Positions 1 to 9,400 of a DNA stretch of 64,000 bases are shown here, in pieces. Source of the DNA: Gemmatimonadales bacterium (lineage in GTDB: Bacteria > Gemmatimonadota > Gemmatimonadetes > Gemmatimonadales > GWC2-71-9); contig CBDFJJ010000010.1 in assembly GCA_965248285.1 (NCBI GenBank), positions 133,062 to 197,061 on the forward strand. Direction: 5' to 3'. Numbering within the stretch: the stretch's first letter is position 1; the number at the start of each line of letters is the position of its first letter. Under the pieces are notes generated by a model. It was not told where the DNA came from. It saw only the letters and a list, made by a program, of their open reading frames with translations, and ran no database searches. The position numbers and the translations under genes were made by a program.

Positions 1-423
1 GTGGCGACCGACGTGACGCAGCCCGGCTACGAGGCGGAGTGTGCGAGTGCGCTGGCGATGGTGGGGAGCTTACCGCCGACGGCCCGGCGACGGACGTTGG
101 GGGCGGACAAGGGTTATGATCGGTGCGGGTTTGTCGACACGCTGCGGGCGTTGGGCTGGACGCCCCACGTCACGCCGAACGTGCACCGCACGCGGTTGCG
201 GAGCGCGGTGGATGGCCGGACGACGCGCCATCCCAGCTATGCGATCAGTCAACGGCAGCGCAAAAAAGTGGAAGAGATCTACGGGTGGGGCAAGACGATT
301 GGGTTGTTACGCAAACTCCGACATCGCGGGACCCCGCGGGTCGGGTGGGTGTTTACGTTCACGGCCGCGGTCTACAATCTGATGCGGATACGCACCCTGA
401 CCCTGGCCGAAGGCAGCCCCTGA
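1..423 (+). pseudogene. IS5-family DDE transposase, C-terminal fragment
   Basis: The 140-aa ORF equals the last third of the 16218-17145 transposase frame, apart from one or two substitutions. Confidence 0.8.
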
Positions 424-553
424 TGGGGCAGTGTGGGCCGCATTCGTCACGCCGACCGCACCGCGGGGGCGGTAATAGGGGACCGCACGCTGGTACACCG
501 TCGTGTTACCCGGACAAACGCGGCCCACCATGAATTTTTCCGCAACCTGCTAG
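1..553 (+). mobile_element. IS5-family insertion sequence, 3' part (copy A, cut by window edge)
   Basis: nt 1-553 match 16723-17275 almost base for base. Identity stops after ...CAACCTGCTAG in both copies. The ORF carries a DDE-type GADKGYD motif. Confidence 0.8.
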
Positions 554-940
554 GGTTTCGGCCACGGCTTCTTCGACGATCGCTGCGGTAATGTTACCGT
601 CGCCGGCTTTCTCAACGGCCAGCTCCCACACCACGGGTTGTTCTTCGGGTTCGAGTTTGGTGAGAGGACGGGCCTGGGCTTCGTTGGCTGGAATTTGTAC
701 GCAATTGCGTACAATCAAATTCTCCACCACTCTGGCGCCCGCGATCAATTCGTAGGCACGTTGACGGCCCAAGTCGCATTGGGCTCTGCAATAGGCGTCG
801 AATGTGTCGTACTCGACGGCATAGATGCCATCGTCGCGCATTTCGCGGAGTGCGTTGCCCGTGTTGACGAAACTCTGGAGTCCGCGCCCAATGACCGCGT
901 TTAGTTCCTCGTAGCGTGTCCGTGCAAGTTGTGTCGTCAT
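506..940 (-). CDS. hypothetical prophage early protein (possibly DNA-binding); native 3' end replaced by IS copy A
   Basis: The ATG at 938-940 overlaps the stop of the upstream gene (ATGA). The last ~15 codons run into the IS (junction 553/554). No family recognised. Confidence 0.4.
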   Translation of the reverse strand: MTTQLARTRYEELNAVIGRGLQSFVNTGNALREMRDDGIYAVEYDTFDAYCRAQCDLGRQRAYELIAGARVVENLIVRNCVQIPANEAQARPLTKLEPEEQPVVWELAVEKAGDGNITAAIVEEAVAETLAGCGKIHGGPRLSG

Positions 941-1365
941 AGCCGGAATTCGTCGTCGCCCGCCGCGATCAACTGGTACTCCATACCGATGGCGATGAGC
1001 TTGGCACGTCGCAGCGGCAACCACGTCGCGCGGCACTTATTCACCCGAAACGCTTCCTCGATTGCGTCCTCGGTGATGTCGGCCTGTTGCGTCTCGGAGA
1101 TGAGTTCGGGTGTGAGGTCGCGTGATCGCTGCGTTACTTCCCGCAGCCGCGCATGGAAATGCTCAACGATGTCAGGCCGGTCGCTGTTCGCAGCCGTCGC
1201 GGCCATCGTCAACACGTCGGCGAGCGGCCCGCATCGTCCACTGAAATAATCCTCGGCCGTGCGCTCTGAGATCTTCTTCAACGAGGCGTACCGTTGAAAC
1301 ACCAAACGGCTGGTGACGCGTTTCCCGTTGGCGCCCCAATGACGCCGGCGTAGAGTGGTCGCCAT
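937..1365 (-). CDS. hypothetical prophage early protein
   Basis: ORF starting MATTLRRRHW. Its first 27 codons plus the upstream region are duplicated at 3267-3440. Confidence 0.45.
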   Translation of the reverse strand: MATTLRRRHWGANGKRVTSRLVFQRYASLKKISERTAEDYFSGRCGPLADVLTMAATAANSDRPDIVEHFHARLREVTQRSRDLTPELISETQQADITEDAIEEAFRVNKCRATWLPLRRAKLIAIGMEYQLIAAGDDEFRL

Positions 1366-1458
1366 GTCAGCACACACCCAACCATTCATCTACCCGCTGG
1401 CATTCGGCCAAGGCTGCCTTCGCCGATTCGTACCGCTCAGGCAGAGGAGCATGCGCGA
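1285..1458. repeat. 174-bp direct repeat, partner 3267-3440
   Basis: Read by eye as identical, offset 1982 nt. Similarity decays over the next ~20 nt. Confidence 0.8.
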
Positions 1459-1714
1459 CGTCGACATCCGGAGGAGGATGAACCGAGACAGCAACCGATG
1501 TCGTCATGACAACACGCGCCGACCGCTGGTGAGCAACCCGGCGTCCATGGCGAGGTTGAAGTGGAATGAGCCCTTGCCGATGCCATTCACCTCAGGCTTC
1601 CACACTCCATCCTCGAACTGCACAAGGAGTTCCCGCAGGTAGGACAGGTCGCGCTTCACGAGGCGGCCTCGAGGAAGGTCCGGAGACGGGTCTGAGGGTG
1701 GATGTGGAGGACGC

Positions 1715-1972
1715 TCATGCGTCCCACCCGTGGTTGGCTGGCCCTGCGCCTTGTACGCGCCTAGCTTCGGCACGTAAAGACTCTCGGGCACGCTGGATAT
1801 GCACGTCGCCAACCCACATATGAACGGCGATGATCAAGAACGACATTACGAGGCCCCACGCAAGGAGCAGGGCCACTAATACGTATTCGGGGAGATCGCT
1901 CACCAAGGCGACACCGATACCCACACATGCGAGAATCCCGACGACCACAATCCACCGGGGGAAGCTGGCCAT
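1715..1972 (-). CDS. small two-TM membrane protein (paralog of 2548-2853)
   Basis: MASFPRWIVVVGILACVGIGVALV...HMWVGDVHIQRA aligns with MAGFPKWIAVVGTLVCVGIGAALV...HMWVGDGHIQRA. The start is uncertain (1972-1987). Confidence 0.45.
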   Translation of the reverse strand: MASFPRWIVVVGILACVGIGVALVSDLPEYVLVALLLAWGLVMSFLIIAVHMWVGDVHIQRARESLRAEARRVQGAGPANHGWDA

Positions 1973-2444
1973 GTCAGACATTCTCATATCGACGTTCCTC
2001 ACCATCGGGGGCATGTTCGGGGTGGCCGCGCTTGGCGCTCGGGTGCAGATCGTGGTGACGCGAAAGGTCATCGAGGCCGAGCACCGGAAGGTGATGGCCC
2101 AGATCGACGCCGAATCGCGAGTCAAGCGGAGCGAATCCAGGCTCGATCGACTGCACGACACCGTGAGCGACCTGATCGCCGAGTCGGACCCCGACAGCTT
2201 CCCGATCGATCCGAACGCCCAACGTCTCGCTCAACTCATTTCCAGGACACAGATCTTGTTGGATACCCGTATTCCCACACAGGCGGCTCTCAACACCGCT
2301 GTCAACGAACTCGGACTGACCCTCCGGGGCTGGAGGGACCTTCCCGATTCCGTAGAAGCCTTCCGGGCCCATGCGAGGGTCGTCGAGCTCGCCAAGGCCG
2401 TACTCAGGGGCGAGACCGGACGGAGCATCGAGCGCACAGGGTAG
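1971..2444 (+). CDS. membrane-anchored helical protein, unknown function
   Basis: 157-aa ORF with consistently G/C third positions. N-terminal TM (ILISTFLTIGGMFGVAALGA) followed by a helical region. It diverges from 1715-1972 through a shared CATG. Confidence 0.5.
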   Translation: MSDILISTFLTIGGMFGVAALGARVQIVVTRKVIEAEHRKVMAQIDAESRVKRSESRLDRLHDTVSDLIAESDPDSFPIDPNAQRLAQLISRTQILLDTRIPTQAALNTAVNELGLTLRGWRDLPDSVEAFRAHARVVELAKAVLRGETGRSIERTG

Positions 2445-2547
2445 GGCTGCTGTCACGGAGCCGGTCTGCGGATGTATTCGCCAACCCGAGAGATGGGCGA
2501 ACGGCGACGGGTCGATCAGTTCGAGAGATACGAAGCAGTCGCTCATG

Positions 2548-2853
2548 CTAGACATCCCACCGTCGCTCTGCGCTCTCGATGCGCCTAGCTTCGATGCGCC
2601 TAGACTCTTGGGCACGCTGGATATGCCCATCGCCAACCCACATATGAACGGCGACGTTCAAGAACGACATGACGACGGCCCACGCGAATACCAGGACTTT
2701 CAGCACGTGCAGGGGGAGATCGAACACAAGGGCGGCACCGATCCCAACGCATACGAGAGTCCCAACGACTGCGATCCACTTGGGGAATCCGGCCATGTAG
2801 CGGCGTGGACGCAATTCGTGGTGGACCGCCGCCACACGCTGCGCCGAGCTCAT
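2548..2853 (-). CDS. small two-TM membrane protein (paralog of 1715-1972)
   Basis: Paralogy as above. The ATG at 2851-2853 overlaps the upstream stop (ATGA). Confidence 0.45.
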   Translation of the reverse strand: MSSAQRVAAVHHELRPRRYMAGFPKWIAVVGTLVCVGIGAALVFDLPLHVLKVLVFAWAVVMSFLNVAVHMWVGDGHIQRAQESRRIEARRIESAERRWDV

Positions 2854-3134
2854 GACGCCACCCCCGAGGAGCTGCGGACCGTCTTCGAAGACGAAGTCCG
2901 GAAGAGGTTCTCGTAGAGGGTGGGCACGTGACGCCCGACCCACTGAACCGCCTGGTCCGTGGTCAAGATGAGCTTCCGGTCCGGTGTGTCGGGGAGGAAC
3001 TGGCATATGAAGGTCGTCGCGTAGACGACGCAGAGCTCTCCGGGCGTCGCGTCGGGGGTCCAAGCCCAGAACATGTGGAGCCGTGCCTTCGCGTGGGCGG
3101 ATGTCACTTCGGCCTCCCGTAGGCGCTCCATCAC
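2850..3134 (-). CDS. hypothetical prophage protein
   Basis: High GC3 from (V)MERLREAEV to the stop. The longer 173-aa track ORF is a chimera created by the 174-bp repeat. Confidence 0.45.
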   Translation of the reverse strand: MMERLREAEVTSAHAKARLHMFWAWTPDATPGELCVVYATTFICQFLPDTPDRKLILTTDQAVQWVGRHVPTLYENLFRTSSSKTVRSSSGVAS

Positions 3135-3266
3135 GAGAGTCCGCCTTCCATGCTTCGCCTCAGGGCGTCGCGTCTCCGCGCCCCTCACGACACCCCTCCC
3201 TCCCCCGCCAGCACACGCTCGCGAGCCTCCTGTTGGGCCTGCTTGATCCGTTCTTCTCTCCTGCAC

Positions 3267-3440
3267 GGCGTACCGTTGAAACACCAAACGGCTGGTGACG
3301 CGTTTCCCGTTGGCGCCCCAATGACGCCGGCGTAGAGTGGTCGCCATGTCAGCACACACCCAACCATTCATCTACCCGCTGGCATTCGGCCAAGGCTGCC
3401 TTCGCCGATTCGTACCGCTCAGGCAGAGGAGCATGCGCGA
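3267..3440. repeat. 174-bp direct repeat, partner 1285-1458
   Basis: See partner. Confidence 0.8.
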
Positions 3441-3506
3441 TGTCGAGATCCGGGGGAGGAGAAACGGAGTCGCGTCGAGCGACCTCAGTTGCGATGGTCA
3501 CGATGA

Positions 3507-3713
3507 TTATGCGGAGGCTGGATTTGCTTTACGAACGATTTGCAGGGCGCGCTCAAACGCACTCTCCACGACGAAGTGCGCGCGTTTCTTGCCGAGCATT
3601 GCGCAGGCGATGTCGATCGTCCGGCGTTCCTCCTCGGTCGCCCAGCCGCCAACCACTGTTTTCTTGTCGGGGTCGTTAGCGTCGGGTAGATTGCCTACGT
3701 TGCTGGAAGCCAT
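3507..3713 (-). CDS. small ribbon-helix-helix-type DNA-binding protein (Cro-like or antitoxin-like)
   Basis: 68 aa, motif DKKTVVGGWATEEERRTIDIACAMLGK. Divergent from an XRE gene. Positional analog of 61562-61777. Confidence 0.5.
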   Translation of the reverse strand: MASSNVGNLPDANDPDKKTVVGGWATEEERRTIDIACAMLGKKRAHFVVESAFERALQIVRKANPASA

Positions 3714-3818
3714 TGCGTACCTTGGACTTAAAGGGATAGCGCAACTCCATCTAAGGGGAGTTACGCATGATAGTATCCCCTTAAAAGGATTTTGTCAAGA
3801 AAGGGAGTATCCCCTTAA
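3714..3818. promoter_or_regulatory. divergent promoter/operator region of prophage L immunity switch
   Basis: TATCCCCTTAAA at 3774-3785 and 3808-3819. Inverted relatives at 3728-3738 (TTAAAGGGATA) and 3751-3760 (CTAAGGGGAG). TTGTCA at 3792-3797. Confidence 0.5.
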
Positions 3819-4730
3819 ATGGACTGGAAAGTTGCCGAGAACGTCGGCGCGAGGATCGCAGATCTCAGAAAAGCTCTTGGGGGTATATCCCAGCGAAAAC
3901 TGGCCGCGCGAGTAGGGGTGGGCAGCAAGCAGGTGTCAAAATGGGAAAACGGGGACCAGGTTCCGCCTCGAACCCGCCTCGCCTCCTGGGTAGAGCGCGA
4001 AGGTTGGCCGATTGAGATGTTCGCGGAGGGCGGTCCAATGCCCTCCACGGTTGTTAACAAGCCCGTTAACGACCTTTCCGGAGAGGGTCGGGCCCTTTAT
4101 GTGTCGACCATAGCAGGAAGACCGCGCGTGCGTGTAAAGGAGCTTGTCGAGGAGGTTCAGAACAGGATCATGCAAGAGCTTTTTGAGCATGGCCTTGAGC
4201 CCGTGCCGCGAGACAGCATAATCTGGGCCGACACTGAAGCGGCCGAACGGAAGACGAGACTTCTACTCAGGCGGATGGACGATGCTATGGATGAGTTGGT
4301 GGGTGGAAAAATGGGGACAAACGCCAAAATTGGCTTATTTATGGCGAAAACATCGTTCGTGAAGGCCGTCGAGGATCAAAGTCGGCATGCAGGCTTGGAG
4401 CCCACCAAGTGGGTTGCTGATTTGGGGGCGGAGGTCGAGGAAAACCGATCGTCCATAATCGACAAACACATCCAATGGTTGGGGCAGGGCCTCCCGGCCA
4501 TGGTTAAACGGCACGTGGACGAGGTCATAGACGAGATGACACCGGGCCTAGCAGAGGACGATCTAGTTGATGTAGTGATGAATGTAGCAACAGAGGGCGA
4601 GGAGGGACCTAAAGCCTCGGTGATCGCCTCAGGCTCGCGACACGGCGATACTTCGAAGCAGGTGCGGCAGAGCGAATCCACCGACGAGGAGGAAGAGGCA
4701 CCTCCGCAGCAGAAGGAATCAGGCGAATAG
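3819..4730 (+). CDS. XRE-family HTH regulator (CI-like) with long acidic C-terminal extension
   Basis: N-terminus RIADLRKALGGISQRKLAARVGVGSKQVSKWENG is a classic HTH_3. Shares GGPMPS-VVN with 60983-61435. Confidence 0.7.
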   Translation: MDWKVAENVGARIADLRKALGGISQRKLAARVGVGSKQVSKWENGDQVPPRTRLASWVEREGWPIEMFAEGGPMPSTVVNKPVNDLSGEGRALYVSTIAGRPRVRVKELVEEVQNRIMQELFEHGLEPVPRDSIIWADTEAAERKTRLLLRRMDDAMDELVGGKMGTNAKIGLFMAKTSFVKAVEDQSRHAGLEPTKWVADLGAEVEENRSSIIDKHIQWLGQGLPAMVKRHVDEVIDEMTPGLAEDDLVDVVMNVATEGEEGPKASVIASGSRHGDTSKQVRQSESTDEEEEAPPQQKESGE

Positions 4731-4782
4731 CGTCGGACTCGAGGATCGCCTTGATGTCATACTTGTCCAGGTAGCGCTGCAA

Positions 4783-5196
4783 TTGGTAGTTGCTGTTGCC
4801 GCCCTCTGCGACCACGCGAACGTGTCGAAAGAAGGCCACCTCAATATCTCTGGGATCTGGGACACGATTGGGGCACCAGATTTTCCTTGTACCCATGCCG
4901 TCATGCATCTCGCGTTGCGCTTCCGATTTGGCTTCGACGACTCCGACAAGGAACACACGGTCTACGTCGAACTACGTGACCCGGAAGAGAACGTGCGGTG
5001 GGGCATGCAGGGAAGGCTGCGAGCCCGTCAGATTCCCGCTGGACGGTTTCATCACCTGAATCAGATCATCCGGCTGACCGGCGTGCAATTCCCGGGTCCT
5101 GACGACTACCATTTCATCATTCGTGGCGAGACGATCGCCGAAACAAAAGTCCCGTTTCAGGTCCTACAGATTGAGGACACTCCGGCCACACCGTGA
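4783..5196 (+). CDS. hypothetical protein (DUF6941-like by recollection only)
   Basis: 137-aa ORF with TTG start. Its stop overlaps the next start (GTGA). An antisense ORF competes for this region. Confidence 0.4.
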   Translation: MVVAVAALCDHANVSKEGHLNISGIWDTIGAPDFPCTHAVMHLALRFRFGFDDSDKEHTVYVELRDPEENVRWGMQGRLRARQIPAGRFHHLNQIIRLTGVQFPGPDDYHFIIRGETIAETKVPFQVLQIEDTPATP

Positions 5197-5465
5197 CCCG
5201 GCGGCGGCGGCTCTTAGAAGAGATGCGTGACGATTCTCACGGATGGTCATGGCTCGATGCGGAATACTTGTTGCAGGAATGGGGATTCAAGCCCCATGAG
5301 GACCTGGACGATACTCGACCTGACGGGGCCTATTTATGGGAACATCCAGACGTACCCGGCGTTATATTCGACGTGCCGAGGTGGGAGCCGCTCGCTTCGG
5401 GGGTTATTCGGGCACTTGTTCGGTACGTTGACATCGTTCGTGAAAGACTCGGAATCGAAGACTGA
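5193..5465 (+). CDS. HicA-like putative toxin
   Basis: 90 aa. Layout LLQEWGF...GAYLWEHPD...VIFDVPRWEPL...VIRALVRYV resembles the HicA fold order. Sits immediately upstream of a HicB-like gene. Confidence 0.4.
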   Translation: MTRRRRLLEEMRDDSHGWSWLDAEYLLQEWGFKPHEDLDDTRPDGAYLWEHPDVPGVIFDVPRWEPLASGVIRALVRYVDIVRERLGIED

Positions 5466-5477
5466 GGTTTTAGAATC

Positions 5478-5804
5478 ATGCCCCGAATACTGGCAAACTA
5501 CACGATCAAGACACAGTGGGAGCCCGCACCCAACGGCGATGGCCTCCTGTTCTTGCTCACACTCGAAGAGATCCCTGGATGTATGGCACAGGGTCGCAGC
5601 TATCGTGAGGCGCGGCGCCAACTCCAGAGAATCTTTCCAAAGTTTCTTGAGGCCATGCGCGCACGCGGCATTGAGCCCCCCGCCCCACGAGAGGGCACCG
5701 TCCGCGTCGCTGATCTGCTTATCGGAATCGACAACAATCTGCGCATTCCGCTCCGACCTGGGCTTCGATCGGATCGCGTAGTTCGAGAGTACGAGTTCGT
5801 GTAA
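5478..5804 (+). CDS. HicB-family antitoxin-like protein
   Basis: LLTLEEIPGCMAQGRSYREARRQLQRIFPKFLEAMRARGIEPPAP matches the HicB N-domain pattern (pelpGC.aqG.t.eEA). Confidence 0.6.
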   Translation: MPRILANYTIKTQWEPAPNGDGLLFLLTLEEIPGCMAQGRSYREARRQLQRIFPKFLEAMRARGIEPPAPREGTVRVADLLIGIDNNLRIPLRPGLRSDRVVREYEFV

Positions 5805-6043
5805 CCGTTGTTGTAAGGTTGTTGATATCGACGACACATAAAAGCTCCTTGACCCCCGCAGGGCAGGGGAAAAGAAAAGCCTCCTTGCGGGGGCTCTGTC
5901 CTGATGGACTAAGACACCGCCGGTCTGACGCAGCCCTTTGTGGTCGGTGCCCTGGCGCGGTAAGATTAATCAACTGCTATCATACAAGCTAACGTTTCTT
6001 GGTGTATGTCATTTATATACAATGACTTATCACTAACACTCTT

Positions 6044-7458
6044 AGAGGTATTGTCAAATGTTGTGGATCGGTGAGTGATCAAGCGGCGACCTTCCGATCC
6101 GTGTTCTCTTTGTCAGTTTCCTGCATACCATCTTTGAATTGTTCTCCTGCCAACACCAGGGGGAGAAGTTCTGGAGCGTTGAGTTTCCGCCAACGTTGCT
6201 GCGCCATCTCCAACAGCTTGAACGCCATCGTCAGCCCTTTGCTCCGCGAGCCCGCTCCCTTGGTCACGCGCTGTCGTAACCGGACCGTCGCGAAGGCAGA
6301 CTCGATCACGTTCGTCGAACGGATATGTTTCCAATGCTCGGCCGGAAAATCAAAATGGCTGTACAGGTGCTCCTGGTCCCGCGTGAGCGAGGCGACCGCC
6401 TTGGGATACTTGGCCGCATACGCGGTGGCGAAACGCTCGACCAGCGCCTCGGCCTCCGCACGCGACTCCGCATACATCATCTCGCGCAACACCCGCTTCG
6501 CCGCCGGCTGCAAACGTTTCGGAAGCTTGTCCAACACGTTGGCCATCCGGTGCACCCAGTCGCGCTGCTGCCGCGTCGCCGGCCACACCTCCCGCACCGC
6601 TGCCCAGAACCCCAACGCGCCATCCCCAATCGCCAGCACCGGGGCCCGCATCCCCCGACGCTTCAGATCGCGCAACACCGCCAACCAGCTCTCCGTGCTC
6701 TCCCGATAGCCGTCCTCCACCGCGATCAGCTCTTTCGTCCCATCCGCCCGGGCGCCCAGCATCACCAGCGTACACAGCCGGTCGGCCTCGAGGCGAATGT
6801 TGAAGTGGATCCCGTCGACCCAGACGTACACATACTCCCGATCACGCAGATCACGCTGGCGAAACGCCTGGTATTCCCCCTCCCACGCCGCCGTCAATCG
6901 CGTGATCGTCGTCGGGGACAAGCCTGATGCGTCCTCACCCAACAAGATCGGCAACGCCTCGCGAAAATCTCCCGTCGACAGACCGCGCAGATACAACACC
7001 GGCAAGACCTCCGCCACCTTCGGCGACCGCCGCATATAGGGAGGCAAAATCTTGCTCGTGAACTGCGCCCGCATACGACGGTCATGCACCCGTGGCGCGG
7101 TCACCGTGACCGTACCAGCACCCAGCGTCACCTTGCGGGGACGGGCTTTGCCATTGCGCACCACCAGGGCGCGGCCCTCTCCGTCTCGCTCAATCCGATA
7201 TCGCTCGACATACTCGGTCACTTCCGCGTCCAACGCACTCACCAGCATCCGCCGAGCTCCCTCTCTGGCAAGCTCGTCCAGGTCTGCGAACAGTCCGTTC
7301 CCTTTGCTCTCAGACGCATTCTCTATTATCCTCAACATCGGTGGCGTGTCCTTTCTCCGGTCGTCACAACCGGATCTCGTGTACGTTTCAACTGACTACA
7401 CGAAAGGATACGCCGCCTTTCTCATTCCTCCAATCCACAACTTTCGAAAATAACTCCC
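6044..7458 (-). mobile_element. IS256-family insertion sequence, full length
   Basis: Imperfect terminal IRs (GAGGTATTGTCAAATGTTGTGGATCGG vs GGAGTTATTTTCGAAAGTTGTGGATTGG). Second copy at 15098-16217. I could not find a TSD. Confidence 0.8.
6079..7338 (-). CDS. IS256-family (mutator-type) transposase
   Basis: 419-aa ORF with typical IS256 N-terminus (LDELAREGARRMLVSALDAEV) and DDE region. Confidence 0.95.
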   Translation of the reverse strand: MLRIIENASESKGNGLFADLDELAREGARRMLVSALDAEVTEYVERYRIERDGEGRALVVRNGKARPRKVTLGAGTVTVTAPRVHDRRMRAQFTSKILPPYMRRSPKVAEVLPVLYLRGLSTGDFREALPILLGEDASGLSPTTITRLTAAWEGEYQAFRQRDLRDREYVYVWVDGIHFNIRLEADRLCTLVMLGARADGTKELIAVEDGYRESTESWLAVLRDLKRRGMRAPVLAIGDGALGFWAAVREVWPATRQQRDWVHRMANVLDKLPKRLQPAAKRVLREMMYAESRAEAEALVERFATAYAAKYPKAVASLTRDQEHLYSHFDFPAEHWKHIRSTNVIESAFATVRLRQRVTKGAGSRSKGLTMAFKLLEMAQQRWRKLNAPELLPLVLAGEQFKDGMQETDKENTDRKVAA

Positions 7459-7509
7459 CGTGGGGGGCGACTCCCACCCCACCCCTTATCTAAGACCGGG
7501 AGGCTGCAA

Positions 7510-7998
7510 ATGCGAACCTCTTATCTCGTCCTCGCACTCGTGTGTGTCCTGCGCCCAGATTCAGTATTGGGACAAGACGTGGTATCTGAACGCTCCATCG
7601 GGTTCTATGCGGGCGCCGATATCACACAAATCGATGAATGGAAACACCGCCGGATCGGTGTCACCTATCCAGTGCCGTTGGTCGGTGTACTCGAGTTCTA
7701 CCCGCAGGTCGATCTCGTCATCGGAAATGAGCGTTTTTGGCAGGCGCTGATGAACGTACGCGTTCGACTTCCCGTGGGGCGTGACGACCACATCCGGGGG
7801 TGGTGGTATGTTGGGACCGGTCTGGCGGTTTGGTCCGGGGGATCAAGGCCCGCTTTGTTCTCGGGGATTCAGATCCTTCCTTCGCTTGGCATGCAACCGT
7901 TCGCCGAGCTCCGTGTTTACGAGAGGAATTCCACGGCTCCGTTCGAGGACGGCGGAGGACTTGAGTTGATTGGAGGAATGACTATCCGTTTGCGTTAG
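7510..7998 (+). CDS. secreted small protein, possibly outer-membrane beta-barrel-like
   Basis: Signal peptide [14 protein letters not shown]. Alternating hydrophobic C-terminus ending [17 protein letters not shown] upstream. Confidence 0.45.
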   Translation: MRTSYLVLALVCVLRPDSVLGQDVVSERSIGFYAGADITQIDEWKHRRIGVTYPVPLVGVLEFYPQVDLVIGNERFWQALMNVRVRLPVGRDDHIRGWWYVGTGLAVWSGGSRPALFSGIQILPSLGMQPFAELRVYERNSTAPFEDGGGLELIGGMTIRLR

Positions 7999-8029
7999 TG
8001 TGGCTTTTGATGGCACTGGGCACCACCTA

Positions 8030-8522
8030 GTGTAGTGCGCCGCTAAAGCGGTTAGCACGAGTGATTTTTGCCAGAATGTCTTTCGCGGTGGCGGTCCAGA
8101 CGAAGGGTTTCGGGGCACGGTTTCTGTCGTCGATGTAGGCCGTGATCGCGTGCACGAGCTGGCCGACGCTGTGGACTGCGAGGCGCTTGAGCTGGCGCTG
8201 CGTGAGTTCGGAGGAAGCGCTCGACGAGGTTCAGCCACGAAGACGAGGTGGGCACGAAGTGGAAGTGCACCCGGGGGTGCCTGTCCAGCCAGGCCTTCAC
8301 CTTGGCATGCTTGGGCGTGGCGAAGTTGTCGAGGATGAAGTGCAGGTCGAGTTCCGGGTCGGACCGTTTCTCGGAGGAACTCCAGGTGGATGACCTCTCC
8401 GGTGCGATGTCCCAGCGCCGCGAACAGCGTCGTGGTCCCGTGCCGCTTGTAGTCGTGCGTCATGGTGTCCGCCCGCCCCTTCTTGAGCGGCAGCCCCGGC
8501 TGCGTCCGGTCCAGGGCCGGCC
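8030..8522 (-). pseudogene. IS630-family transposase remnant (frameshifted, 5'-truncated)
   Basis: [15 protein letters not shown] and [22 protein letters not shown] lie in two different frames. Confidence 0.7.
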
Positions 8523-8810
8523 TGGATTGATGAACTCGAAGGTTGCAAGGCCGACGGGGAGACACAAGTTGAGGCGTTTGCGAACCTCGAAGAAGTGTTC
8601 CATGACTATATCGCAGCCAAAAGGGAATGGGACAGCATCATCCCAGAACCGGCCAGGCCCCCGGTGCGCTATCCTCCGTCGGCTACCACAAACGCGGATA
8701 CCGGAATGGACGTCATCATGCAAGAGCATCCAGAGTTGACGGATGTCGCAGGAGTGTTCGCGCCAGAGAATGAAGCCGCAATAACTGGCGGAACCCTTGT
8801 AGCAGCATAA
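8523..8810 (+). pseudogene. HicB-like antitoxin fragment, N-terminally cut by the IS630 remnant
   Basis: The open frame without a start reads [42 protein letters not shown]. Confidence 0.45.
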
Positions 8811-8851
8811 GGACTCCCGTGATTTGATGACTGTTCATAGTGCAAGACTAG

Positions 8852-8884
8852 ACTCTCGGGACACTGTTCCCGGGAGTTTTTTTA
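8852..8884 (+). terminator. intrinsic terminator
   Basis: ACTCTCGGGA / TCCCGGGAGT stem followed by T7. Confidence 0.6.
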
Positions 8885-8977
8885 TGAGCACCGTAAACCT
8901 GGATCTACTCCGGCTGGCTCACACCACTACCTCACCGCACCGACGCGAGCCCCTTCTATCCCTGGCCGGAAAACTGG

Positions 8978-9400
8978 CTAGAAAAACGGGTCGACGGCCT
9001 TGACCAACTCGGGCCGCGCTGGCCGGACCTTGATGTAAGCGTTCTGTTCCTCGGCATCGGTTTCAGTTTGGGTTCGCGACCCACCACCAGCCGCCCCGAT
9101 CGTCAGGACGCGCTCACCGACGACGTGCCAAACGATCTCGACGTGTCCAATCTTCGACCCGCGAAACCAGAAGAGTAGGCAGCCCGGTTTGAGCCTTGTC
9201 ACCTCACGGCCCTGAAAACGCTTGGCGAGTCCGTCGGCCGTCCAATCGCCTTGCGCCGGTAGGATTCCGACCGACTTGAGGTGCTCGATCACCAAGCCCG
9301 AGCAGTCGAAGCCCGCGATCGGGTCGTCGCCGCCCCAGCGGTACGGCTTGCCGAGCTCTCGCTCCCAGAGGTAGAGCGCGATCGAGCGGAGGTTCTTCAC
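8978..9400 (-). CDS. NlpC/P60-family peptidoglycan hydrolase (endolysin), prophage L
   Basis: PYRWGGDDPIAGFDCSGLV catalytic Cys motif and GHVEIV His. About 95% identical to 56616-57038. Confidence 0.85.
   Translation of the reverse strand: MKNLRSIALYLWERELGKPYRWGGDDPIAGFDCSGLVIEHLKSVGILPAQGDWTADGLAKRFQGREVTRLKPGCLLFWFRGSKIGHVEIVWHVVGERVLTIGAAGGGSRTQTETDAEEQNAYIKVRPARPELVKAVDPFF

Noticed and set aside
4609-4956. 115-aa minus-strand ORF (…NYQLQRYLDKYDIKAILESDAIRL…) as a real gene convergent with the XRE gene
   Set aside because: It overlaps both the XRE 3' end and the 137-aa + strand ORF, whose sequence resembles a known DUF. It remains an alternative I cannot exclude without homology searches.
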